This document shows, one piece after another, positions 19,783-28,695 of a DNA stretch of 64,000 nt. Source of the stretch: an uncultured Alphaproteobacteria bacterium (GTDB lineage: Bacteria > Pseudomonadota > Alphaproteobacteria > HIMB59 > GCA-002718135); assembly GCA_902623255.1 (NCBI GenBank), contig CACNSY010000006.1:21566-85565 (forward strand), in the 5' to 3' direction. A model generated the notes under the pieces. It saw nothing but the letters and a program-made list of their open reading frames with translations. It had not been told where the DNA came from and did not search any database. Each line of letters opens with the position of its first letter. Position 1 is the first letter of the stretch. The position numbers were made by a program, and so were the translations under genes.

Positions 19783-20659
19783 TCACTCTCTTAGAAAGAT
19801 TTTTAATTTTTAAAAAATCACTCTTAGTTTTTAGACTTTTACCACTAGCATAATAAGACCCGCATGCTACAGAAGTTTTCAAAATATAATTCATTTTTTC
19901 ATTTATACTGAACAAATACAGCATCATAGCTGCTAGTGCGTCTCCAGCTCCATTTTCGTTTACTACTTTGATTGATGGGGGTTTTATTTTTTTTATAAAT
20001 TCATTACTTCCAAAGATTACATTATTTTTTGAATTAGTAGTAATTATTTTTATTTTTTTATTTTGTTTTAATATTTTTTTTACACCTAACATTATATTTG
20101 AAGAATTTGTAAGTTTAAGTAACTCTGCTTTATTTAAGAATATAAAATCAACTTTATTTATAATCCTTTTAATTTTAATAACTTTATGCACTGATGTTGC
20201 GCACACTATAATTTTATTTTTTTTTGATAGTTTATTTATTGATTTTTCCAAATAGGTTTTAGAAAAATTTAGATCAAATATTATATTTTTATTCTTGATG
20301 TTTGGTATTTTTAAAGATTTATTATTTTCATATTCATCTGTGTTAGCTAATCCTAATAAAAATTTATTATTTTTATCTGATAAAGCTAAATAGTATCTAT
20401 CTGCATAATCTTTATTCACTTGATGAACATAGATTTTTTTTGAGATTTTTTTTCTAATCTCTTCATTGATAGCTAAACTATAAAAGTTTACATCAACAAA
20501 ATTCGAAAGCAATTCTGCAATATTGTACGCCACTCCACCAATTCTGCTTTTTTGTGTAATTTGATTAGATCTAAAATTAATAATATTTTTTTTAAGATTT
20601 AATAAATAATCGTGATGAATTGCCCCAATACAAACAAAAATGTTTTTAGATTTCAGCAT
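19772..20659 (-). CDS. psuK: PfkB-family kinase, probable pseudouridine kinase
   Basis: GGVAYNIA, FLNKAE, NGAGDA anion hole; overlaps and precedes psuG. Confidence 0.75.
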   Translation of the reverse strand: MLKSKNIFVCIGAIHHDYLLNLKKNIINFRSNQITQKSRIGGVAYNIAELLSNFVDVNFYSLAINEEIRKKISKKIYVHQVNKDYADRYYLALSDKNNKFLLGLANTDEYENNKSLKIPNIKNKNIIFDLNFSKTYLEKSINKLSKKNKIIVCATSVHKVIKIKRIINKVDFIFLNKAELLKLTNSSNIMLGVKKILKQNKKIKIITTNSKNNVIFGSNEFIKKIKPPSIKVVNENGAGDALAAMMLYLFSINEKMNYILKTSVACGSYYASGKSLKTKSDFLKIKNLSKRVIVQ

Positions 20660-20660
20660 T

Positions 20661-23600
20661 ATGAATTATACACCTTTTATGTCAGTTTTTGATGTTGATC
20701 CACCTATTATTGATAATAAACATTTAATTAAATGGTTAAAGATTAATTTTTCTTTCTTAAGAAATAAATTACTCAAAATTAAACAACTTGATAGTGAAAG
20801 GGATATAAATTTTATTATATTGATAAATAATAAAAAAAAATATGTATTAAAAATTTCAAACCCATCAGAAAAAATAAATATATTAAAATACCAAGATAGA
20901 TTAATTAATTATTTACGAAGTGACCTTAGTCTTAAATCTTTTATACCAAAAATACACCATGCAAAGATTGTAAAATATTTAGATAAAAAAAATAGAGAAT
21001 GCTTTGTTAGGATCTTATCTTATATTGAAGGGCGAATGTATGGAGATACAAAAAGTAACGATAAAATTGAAAATTCTTTAGGTAAGTTACTTGGAAAAGT
21101 ATCAACTAAGTTGAAATCATTTAACGATATGGATGCCCATAGAAATTTTATTTGGGATCCATCAAATATAAAATGGATTAAAAAAGACATTAATATTTTT
21201 ACTGGTTCAAAAAAATTAATTTTATTAAAATGTTTTTCAGAATATGAAAAATTTGTAAAAAATAATTTAAATAAATTAAGATATTCAATAACTCATTCAG
21301 ATCCAAATAATTATAATATTGTTATTAAAGAAAACAATGTTTGTGGTTTACTAGATTATGGAGATTCTATTTATTCTCCAACAATAAATGATTTAGCTAT
21401 ATGCCTTTCATATGCATTAATGAACAATGATAATATTTATCTTACACTTAAAAATATAATAACAGAGTACAATAAACAGTTTTCTATTAATGAGGATGAA
21501 ATTAATTCATTAATATCATTATGTAAGTCAAGACTTATGATTACTGTTGTAATGGCAAAAAAACAAAGAATTAAATATCCATCAAATCAATATTTAAGTA
21601 TTAGTGAGAAAGATGCATGGTCTTTATTAGAAAAATTAGATAAAATTCCTATCAATTTTTTAATATATATTGTTCGCGAAATATGCGACTTTGATATTAT
21701 TCACCATCATAATGAAATTATAAATTATATAAATAAATTCAACTTTGGTAATATTTTTAAATTTAATTTACTTGATAAAAATAAATCTATCTTAAAATTA
21801 AGTTCTGATTCACCTTTATTGAAAGGTAACCCAGATAATAGTTCGCTTAAAAAAAGAGTTAATAAAATATTTAAAGAAGATAATTCTCGTATAGGTATAG
21901 GTTTATACAATGAAAAAAGAAAAGTTTATAAGGGACCTAACTTTATTTCTGAATTAAATACGAATGAAAGACGTAATATTCACTTAGGAATTGATATTTT
22001 TATTGATCAGGGAACAGATTTATTTGCTCCAATAGATGGTAAAATTATAATTTTAAAAAATAATAATTTTAAATATGACTATGGCCCCACTCTAGTTTTA
22101 GAGCATAGATTTAAAAAATATAAATTTTATACTCTATACGGTCATTTATCTAAAATAATGTTTCAAAAACTAAAAATTGGAAAAAAAATTAAGAAAGGTG
22201 AATGGATTGGTAAAATTGGTAATTCTAATGAAAATGGAAAATGGTTACCACATTTACATTTTCAAATTATTTTAGATTTATTAGGACATGATAAGAATTT
22301 TCCAGGAGTAGGTGAAGAATTTTTATTCAATATTTGGAATAAAATTTCACCTGATCCAAATTTAATTCTACGAATTCCAAAATCTTTTTATTCTAATAAT
22401 AATAATAATAATTTTAAAGATACTTTAAAGAAAAGAAGAAAAAATATTTCTGATAATTTATCAATTTCTTACAAGAAACCTCTTCATATGCTTGAAGCTA
22501 AAGATCAGTATTTTTTTGATAGATATGGCAGGAGATACTTAGATTGTGTAAATAATATTTCCCATGTTGGCCATTCAAATGCCTATGTCCATGAAGCTAT
22601 GACTCAGCAAAATTTAAAACTTAATACTAATACGAGATATCTATACGATACAATTAACGATTATAGTGAATTACTTTTAAGTAAGTTTCCAAAGAAATTA
22701 AATAAGATATTTTTCGTATGTACAGGATCTGAAGCTAATGATTTAGCTTATAGAATAGCCCAAACTTATACTAGAGCAAAAGATGTCTTTGTGATGGACA
22801 ATGCTTATCATGGGCATACCAACGCTTTAATTGATCTAAGTCCATATAAATTTAATAGTAAGGGTGGTTCGGGTAAAAAAGATTATGTTCATGTATTAGA
22901 CATGCCTGATCCCCTAAGAGGTAAGTGGAGATATCAAAATTCAAATTGGATTCAAAAATATATAGATGAAGCTAAAACGGTAATTAGAAATAAAATTAAA
23001 GAAGCCAATATTGCATGTTTTTTTACTGAAAGTATACTTGGTTGTGGCGGTCAAGTAATTCTTCCAAAAAATTATTTAAAAGAAATATTTTCAGAAATTA
23101 GAAGAAACAATGCATTATGTATTGTTGACGAGGTACAAACTGGTTTTGGACGCGTTGGAAGACATTTTTGGTCATTTGAAGAGCATGATGTCGTTCCTGA
23201 TATAGTCACCTTGGGCAAACCTATGGGTAATGGTCACCCTATAGCTGCTGTTATAACTACAGAAAAAATCGCTTCAACTTTTAATAACGGGATGGAATAT
23301 TTCAACTCATTCGGTGGTAATCCTGTTTCCTGTGCTATCGGTAAAGCAGTACTAGAAACTATTGATAATAATAAATTACAAAAAAATGCTTTGTTAGTTG
23401 GTAATTATTTTTTAAAAGAATTAAAAAAAATCCAACTTAAATATAAAAAATATATTAGTGAAGTTAGAGGTAGGGGGCTTTTTTTAGGAATAGATATTAT
23501 TCAGAATAGTAATATTTCTAAACCAAATAAAAAATTAGCTAAACTGCTTATTAATTATATGAGAAATCAAGGTATTTTATTGAGCACTGATGGACCTTAT

Positions 23601-23696
23601 GACAATGTTATTAAAATAAAACCACCTCTTGTATTTACAAAATTAAATGTTGATCAGGTATGTAAAAACTTAGAAACTTTTTTTAAAAAATTATAA
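20661..23696 (+). CDS. Triple fusion: APH/hydroxylysine-kinase-like domain + M23 peptidase-like domain + class III PLP aminotransferase/phospho-lyase
   Basis: Kinase: SERDINF, HSDPNNYN, DYGD. M23: HLGIDI, YGHLS, PHLHFQ. PLP domain: LDCVNN, CTGSEAND, DEVQTGFGR, TLGKPMGNG, EYFNSFGGNP. Start probably 20661 or 20679. Confidence 0.85.
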   Translation: MNYTPFMSVFDVDPPIIDNKHLIKWLKINFSFLRNKLLKIKQLDSERDINFIILINNKKKYVLKISNPSEKINILKYQDRLINYLRSDLSLKSFIPKIHHAKIVKYLDKKNRECFVRILSYIEGRMYGDTKSNDKIENSLGKLLGKVSTKLKSFNDMDAHRNFIWDPSNIKWIKKDINIFTGSKKLILLKCFSEYEKFVKNNLNKLRYSITHSDPNNYNIVIKENNVCGLLDYGDSIYSPTINDLAICLSYALMNNDNIYLTLKNIITEYNKQFSINEDEINSLISLCKSRLMITVVMAKKQRIKYPSNQYLSISEKDAWSLLEKLDKIPINFLIYIVREICDFDIIHHHNEIINYINKFNFGNIFKFNLLDKNKSILKLSSDSPLLKGNPDNSSLKKRVNKIFKEDNSRIGIGLYNEKRKVYKGPNFISELNTNERRNIHLGIDIFIDQGTDLFAPIDGKIIILKNNNFKYDYGPTLVLEHRFKKYKFYTLYGHLSKIMFQKLKIGKKIKKGEWIGKIGNSNENGKWLPHLHFQIILDLLGHDKNFPGVGEEFLFNIWNKISPDPNLILRIPKSFYSNNNNNNFKDTLKKRRKNISDNLSISYKKPLHMLEAKDQYFFDRYGRRYLDCVNNISHVGHSNAYVHEAMTQQNLKLNTNTRYLYDTINDYSELLLSKFPKKLNKIFFVCTGSEANDLAYRIAQTYTRAKDVFVMDNAYHGHTNALIDLSPYKFNSKGGSGKKDYVHVLDMPDPLRGKWRYQNSNWIQKYIDEAKTVIRNKIKEANIACFFTESILGCGGQVILPKNYLKEIFSEIRRNNALCIVDEVQTGFGRVGRHFWSFEEHDVVPDIVTLGKPMGNGHPIAAVITTEKIASTFNNGMEYFNSFGGNPVSCAIGKAVLETIDNNKLQKNALLVGNYFLKELKKIQLKYKKYISEVRGRGLFLGIDIIQNSNISKPNKKLAKLLINYMRNQGILLSTDGPYDNVIKIKPPLVFTKLNVDQVCKNLETFFKKL
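22395..22412 (+). repeat. (AAT)6 trinucleotide repeat encoding Asn6 in an interdomain linker
   Basis: aataataataataataat, in frame between the M23 and PLP domains. Confidence 0.8.
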
Positions 23697-24282
23697 AATA
23701 TATTCCATAACTAATCATTAGCAGACCAATGGTTAGATCAATCCAAAACCAAGTTTTATTTGAATAAATATATTTTGATAAAAACTTTGACATATATCCC
23801 AAAGAAAAGAAAAACAAAAAACTAGCTGAAATTGCTCCAACGCCAAATGAAAATTGATCATTAAAATTTGTTGATAATGATCCCAGCAAAATAATTGTAT
23901 CTAGATAAACATGAGGATTTGCGTATGTAATAAGGAATAAGGTAATTAATACTTTACCGTATTCGTTAATTATATTTAATTTTTTATTTATATCTTTAAT
24001 TTGATTTAATTTTATAACTTTATTTAATCCATAAAATATAAGCCAAATTCCACCTAATACTTTTATTATTCCTATGATACTTGGATTAATTTGAACAATA
24101 TAATTAGATAGATATATTCCAATTACAATTAGTAAACTGTCAGATAAACTGCAAAATAAAGTAACTGTAAAAACATAAGATTTTTTAAGCCCTTGTTGAA
24201 TTACAAATAAATTTTGAGGTCCTATGGCTATAATTAATGTTCCTCCAATTATTAATCCTTGGATAAAATCATAAATATACAT
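23683..24282 (-). CDS. LysE/ArgO family amino acid exporter
   Basis: IIAIGPQNLFVIQQG, CSLSD, NPHVYLDT. Confidence 0.88.
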   Translation of the reverse strand: MYIYDFIQGLIIGGTLIIAIGPQNLFVIQQGLKKSYVFTVTLFCSLSDSLLIVIGIYLSNYIVQINPSIIGIIKVLGGIWLIFYGLNKVIKLNQIKDINKKLNIINEYGKVLITLFLITYANPHVYLDTIILLGSLSTNFNDQFSFGVGAISASFLFFFSLGYMSKFLSKYIYSNKTWFWIDLTIGLLMISYGIYFIIF

Positions 24283-24317
24283 ATTGCCTTAAATTATAAT
24301 TACACTATTTTAAAAAT

Positions 24318-24776
24318 ATGCACAAAATTATATTTTTTAGTTTGTTTATTTTATTATCAAAAAGTGTTTATGGAGAAATGATAAAACCAGATCCTTCAAT
24401 TGGTCCTAAAGAAGTTATTTTAATTCAATTAAAAGCACTACAAAAAAATAATTCACCTTTTGACGATGCCGGTATTGAACAAACTTGGGAATTTGCACAT
24501 CCAAATAATAGAATGTACACAGGTCCTCTAGACAATTTTATTAGGATGATTAAAAATCCATCCTACTCAATGATGATTGATCACTTAGAACACAATATAA
24601 TTCCAGTTCAGGAACAAGAAAAAAGTTCATATTACTTTGTAGAGCTTACAGATAGTAATGGAAAAAAATTTGGTTTCGAATGGACAGTAGAAAAAGTAGA
24701 GCAAAATGGTGAGTTTAAAGATTGTTGGATGACCGTAGGTGTTTCTAGACCAATGCCTTTATCGCAAGCATCATAG
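24318..24776 (+). CDS. Secreted DUF4864-like hypothetical protein
   Basis: Signal peptide, QLKALQ, FAHP..R, FIRMI, CWMT. Confidence 0.6.
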   Translation: MHKIIFFSLFILLSKSVYGEMIKPDPSIGPKEVILIQLKALQKNNSPFDDAGIEQTWEFAHPNNRMYTGPLDNFIRMIKNPSYSMMIDHLEHNIIPVQEQEKSSYYFVELTDSNGKKFGFEWTVEKVEQNGEFKDCWMTVGVSRPMPLSQAS

Positions 24777-25432
24777 TGTGCGGAAGATTTACAAGTACTG
24801 AAGATAAAGAAAAAATTATAAAACTTTTTCCTAACTCTGAAGTTTTAAATTACTCACATAAGTCTTACAATATATCACCTTCTAATATTGTTAATATTAT
24901 TTATGAAAACAATCATAAACTTTTAATAGATACTTTTATTTGGAGTTATAGTTTTTTTAGTAAACAAAATAATGTTACTCAATTTGTTATTAATGCAAGA
25001 ATTGAAACGATTAATGATAAATATTTATTCAAAGAATCATTTACTAAAAGAAAATGTCTTATTATTGCAAATGGATACTATGAATGGAAAAATATAAATA
25101 ATCAAAAACAACCATATTTAATATCAATTCCTAGAAATGAATTATTGTTTTTTGGTGGAATTTGGAGGGAAGAAATAAGAGATAATAAAAAAATGAATGT
25201 TGTCTGTATCATTACTAAGGAAGCAAATGAAAACCTTTCCCATATACATAATAGAATGCCTCTTATTATGTCTCATAATGAGGGTCTTGATTTTCTTAAT
25301 GATAATGAAAATGAATTCCTACATAAAAACAAAAGTATTATCGAGGATGATTTAGACTTTTATCCAGTATCAAAAATTGTAAATAATCCAAAAAATAATG
25401 ATGAAAATTGCCTTAAGGAAATATCTTTATAA
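24776..25432 (+). CDS. SRAP-domain abasic-site-processing protein (YedK/HMCES family)
   Basis: N-terminal MCGRF (catalytic Cys2), YNISP, NARIET, YYEW, HNRMP; GTG start overlaps the upstream TAG. Confidence 0.9.
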   Translation: MCGRFTSTEDKEKIIKLFPNSEVLNYSHKSYNISPSNIVNIIYENNHKLLIDTFIWSYSFFSKQNNVTQFVINARIETINDKYLFKESFTKRKCLIIANGYYEWKNINNQKQPYLISIPRNELLFFGGIWREEIRDNKKMNVVCIITKEANENLSHIHNRMPLIMSHNEGLDFLNDNENEFLHKNKSIIEDDLDFYPVSKIVNNPKNNDENCLKEISL

Positions 25433-25489
25433 TATTTAAATTTTTTTATCGCTTTTATAATATTAATCAAATATATAATTTTTTTTTAA

Positions 25490-26428
25490 ATGAGCCATTT
25501 ATTTTATAAACCTGCTAAATCTAGATTGCACAGAAGTGAATTGGCAGTTCCTGGCTCTAATCCAAAGATGTTTGAAAAAGCATTAAAATCAAATGCTGAT
25601 TATATTTTCTTAGACCTAGAAGATGCAGTATCTCCAAATGATAAAATTGATGCAAGAAGAAATGTTATTAATGCAATAAAAGAATATAATTGGAAAGAAG
25701 AAGGTAAAACAATCTCTATAAGAATTAACGGTTTGGATACACACTATATGTATCGTGATGTAATTGAGATTATAGAAGAGGTAGGTGATAGAGTTGATAC
25801 ATTATTAATTCCAAAAGTAGGCTCATCATCTGATGTATATATGGTCGATTGTTTGCTTAATCAAATTGAGCAAAATAAAAAATTTGAAAATAGAATAGGT
25901 TTAGAATGTTTAATTGAAACAGCACTAGGAATGTCTAATATTCAATCAATTGCAACATCAAGTTCAAGACTAGAAGCATTACATTTTGGAGTTGCAGATT
26001 ATGCAGCAAGTATGCGAGCAAGAACCGTTGTCATAGGAGGTTTAAATCCTGATTACCCTGGAGATCAATGGCATCATGGTTTATCAACATTAGTAATGAC
26101 TTGTAGATCATATGGCTTAAGAGCAATAGACGGACCTTTTGGTGATTTTAATGACAAAGAAGGATATCTTGATGCAGCAAAAAGAGCTGCAGCAATTGGT
26201 TTTGAGGGTAAATGGGCAATACATCCATCACAAATAGATCTTGCTAATGAAGTTTTTTCTCCACCTAAAGAAGAAATAGATAAAGCAAAAAAAATATTAT
26301 TAGAATTAGAAAAAGCAGCTGCTGAAGGAAAAGGTGCCGCTCAGCTTGATGGAAGAATGATCGATGCTGCATCTGCAAGAATGGCTGAAAATATTGTAAA
26401 TATAAATAAGTTAATTGAAAGTAAGTAA
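25490..26428 (+). CDS. mcl: L-malyl-CoA/beta-methylmalyl-CoA lyase (CitE family)
   Basis: RLHRSELAVPGSN, DLEDAV, RINGLDT, LHFGVADYAAS, GKWAIHPSQI; immediately upstream of mtkAB. Confidence 0.85.
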   Translation: MSHLFYKPAKSRLHRSELAVPGSNPKMFEKALKSNADYIFLDLEDAVSPNDKIDARRNVINAIKEYNWKEEGKTISIRINGLDTHYMYRDVIEIIEEVGDRVDTLLIPKVGSSSDVYMVDCLLNQIEQNKKFENRIGLECLIETALGMSNIQSIATSSSRLEALHFGVADYAASMRARTVVIGGLNPDYPGDQWHHGLSTLVMTCRSYGLRAIDGPFGDFNDKEGYLDAAKRAAAIGFEGKWAIHPSQIDLANEVFSPPKEEIDKAKKILLELEKAAAEGKGAAQLDGRMIDAASARMAENIVNINKLIESK

Positions 26429-27588
26429 TGGATATACACGAATATCAAGCAAAAAAAATATTGTCTGATTTTGGTGTTAAAATTCCGACTGGTGGTATTG
26501 TTTATAGTCCGGAAAATGCAGAAAACAAAGCAAGAGAAATTGGTGGTTCAAAATGGGTTGTAAAAGCGCAAGTTCACTCAGGTGCTAGAGGTAAAGCGGG
26601 AGGAATTATAATGTGTAATTCTCCGTTAGAAGTTGCTGATGCAACCGATAAATTGTTAGGTAAAAAATTAATTACAAACCAAACTGGTCCAGAGGGAAAG
26701 ATAATAAATAGAATTTATATTGAAGAAGCAACTGATACCAAACACGAATTATATTTAGGTTTAGTGTTTGATAGATCTTCAGAAAGTATAATGGTTGTAG
26801 CCTCAACAGAAGGTGGAATGAGTGTCGAAGAAATTTCAAAAGAAAAACCTGAAACAATTATACGATCTAAAATAGAAGTAGCAGTTGGTATTCAACAATT
26901 TCAAGCAAGAGAAATAGCTTTTGGTTTAGGAATTGAATCCAAATTGATCTCAAGAGCTGCAAATACAATAATTGGTTGCTATAAAGCTTTTAGTGAGCTT
27001 GATGCGACAATGGTTGAAGTTAACCCATTAGTTGTATCACACCAAGATGAAATATTAGCATTAGATTGTAAAATGAGTTTTGATAATAATGCAATGTTTA
27101 GAAGAGACGAAATTGCAGAACTTAGAGATAAAACACAAGAAAATTCAAATGAAGTTTATGCTTCTGACAGAGGAATGAATTATGTAAGCTTAGATGGGAA
27201 TATTGGTAATATTATTAATGGTGCAGGCTTAGCAATGGCTTCAATGGATATGATCAAACTTGCTGGTGGTGAACCAGCAAATTTTTTAGATGTTGGTGGA
27301 GGTGCAACACCTGAAAAAATAGTTAAAGCTTTTAAATTAATCTCTATGGACACAAAAGTTAAGGTAATATTAGTTAATATCTTTGCAGGGATTAACAGAT
27401 GTGATTGGGTTGCAGAAGGAATTGTTCAAGCTTTATCAAAAATTGAAACTAAACATCCGTTAGTAATACGTTTAGCTGGAACTAACGTCGAAAAGGGAAA
27501 TGAAATACTTAAAAAAAGCAATATTAATTACATTGAAGCATCAACTTTAGAAGATGCAGCAAATAAAGCAGTAAAGGCTCTTGGATAA
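26428..27588 (+). CDS. mtkA: Malate--CoA ligase (malate thiokinase) beta subunit
   Basis: MDIHEYQAK, KAQVHSGARGKAGG, NGAGLAM, and VNIFAGINRCDWVAEG (Mtk-type; SucC has NIFGGIxRCD). Confidence 0.82.
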   Translation: MDIHEYQAKKILSDFGVKIPTGGIVYSPENAENKAREIGGSKWVVKAQVHSGARGKAGGIIMCNSPLEVADATDKLLGKKLITNQTGPEGKIINRIYIEEATDTKHELYLGLVFDRSSESIMVVASTEGGMSVEEISKEKPETIIRSKIEVAVGIQQFQAREIAFGLGIESKLISRAANTIIGCYKAFSELDATMVEVNPLVVSHQDEILALDCKMSFDNNAMFRRDEIAELRDKTQENSNEVYASDRGMNYVSLDGNIGNIINGAGLAMASMDMIKLAGGEPANFLDVGGGATPEKIVKAFKLISMDTKVKVILVNIFAGINRCDWVAEGIVQALSKIETKHPLVIRLAGTNVEKGNEILKKSNINYIEASTLEDAANKAVKALG

Positions 27589-27590
27589 TC

Positions 27591-28487
27591 ATGTCTATAA
27601 TCATTCACAAAAATACAAAGATTTTAGTCCAAGGATTTACAGGAAAAATTGGAAGTTTTCATGCTGAAGAAATGATTAAGTATGGTTCTAACGTTGTTGG
27701 TGGGGTAACACCTGGCAAGGGTGGTATGACTCATTTAAATCTTCCTGTTTTTAATACTGTTAAAGAAGCTGTAGATCAAACTGGAGCATCAACATCAATT
27801 TTATTTGTCCCACCAGCCTTTGCAGCAGATTCAGCAATGGAAGCTGCTGATGCAGGTATTAAAACGTGTGTGGCTATTACTGACGGAATTCCTTCTCATG
27901 ATATGGTTAAAATAAAAAGATACATGAGAAGATATCCAAAAGATAAAAAAATGGGATTAGTAGGTCCGAATTGTGCAGGAATAATTAGCCCTGGTAAATC
28001 TATGTTAGGTATTATGCCTGGTCACATTTACAAAGAGGGTAAAATAGGAATAGTTAGTAGATCTGGCACTTTGGGATATGAAGCTGCACAACAACTTAAA
28101 GATTTGGAAATTGGTGTTTCAACAAGTGTAGGTATAGGAGGCGATCCAATAAATGGAAGTTCTTTTAGAGATATAATTGAAAAGTTTGAAAATGATGATG
28201 AAACTATTGCAGTTTTAATGATAGGTGAAATAGGTGGCCCACAAGAAGTTGAAGCTGGACAATTTGCTAAAGAAAATATGAGTAAACCAGTAATTGGGTA
28301 TATAGCAGGATTAACTGCACCTAAAGGTCGTGTGATGGGTCATGCTGGTGCAATTGTTTCTGCTTATGGTGAAAGCGCAATAGAAAAAGTAGAACTTCTT
28401 AAAGAGTGTGGAGTTACAATTTCCAAAAACCCTTCTGTAATGGGTGAAACTGTAAAAAAAGTATTAGTAGAAAATAATTTGAATTAA
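27591..28487 (+). CDS. mtkB: Malate--CoA ligase alpha subunit
   Basis: QGFTGKIGSFHA, ITDGIP, GPNCAG, SRSGTLGYE, MGHAGA (phospho-His). Confidence 0.82.
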   Translation: MSIIIHKNTKILVQGFTGKIGSFHAEEMIKYGSNVVGGVTPGKGGMTHLNLPVFNTVKEAVDQTGASTSILFVPPAFAADSAMEAADAGIKTCVAITDGIPSHDMVKIKRYMRRYPKDKKMGLVGPNCAGIISPGKSMLGIMPGHIYKEGKIGIVSRSGTLGYEAAQQLKDLEIGVSTSVGIGGDPINGSSFRDIIEKFENDDETIAVLMIGEIGGPQEVEAGQFAKENMSKPVIGYIAGLTAPKGRVMGHAGAIVSAYGESAIEKVELLKECGVTISKNPSVMGETVKKVLVENNLN

Positions 28488-28502
28488 TATAATTAAAAAA
28501 TA

Positions 28503-28640
28503 ATGAAATTTTTATATAAAAATGAATTCTGGATGTTAATATTTTCTCTAGGTGTTCTTTATTGGTTATTTAATCCATCAGTCTTAACAACCTTAGTTAT
28601 GATTGTGCCATTGTTATTGGCCGTTTCTTCCCGTAAATAA
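28503..28640 (+). CDS. Small membrane protein (45 aa), not in the ORF track
   Basis: MKFLYKNEFWMLIFSLGVLYWLFNPSVLTTLVMIVPLLLAVSSRK*; hydrophobic hairpin 15 bp after mtkB. Confidence 0.55.
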   Translation: MKFLYKNEFWMLIFSLGVLYWLFNPSVLTTLVMIVPLLLAVSSRK

Positions 28641-28695
28641 AGCTAAGTTTTATACTTACTGATGCATGAAAGTTTATCGTATTTAAAGTTAAAAA

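Noticed and set aside
26428-28487. Annotation as succinyl-CoA synthetase sucCD
   Set aside because: Mtk-type signature residues, coupling to malyl-CoA lyase and absence of mdh/sucAB neighbours favour malate thiokinase.
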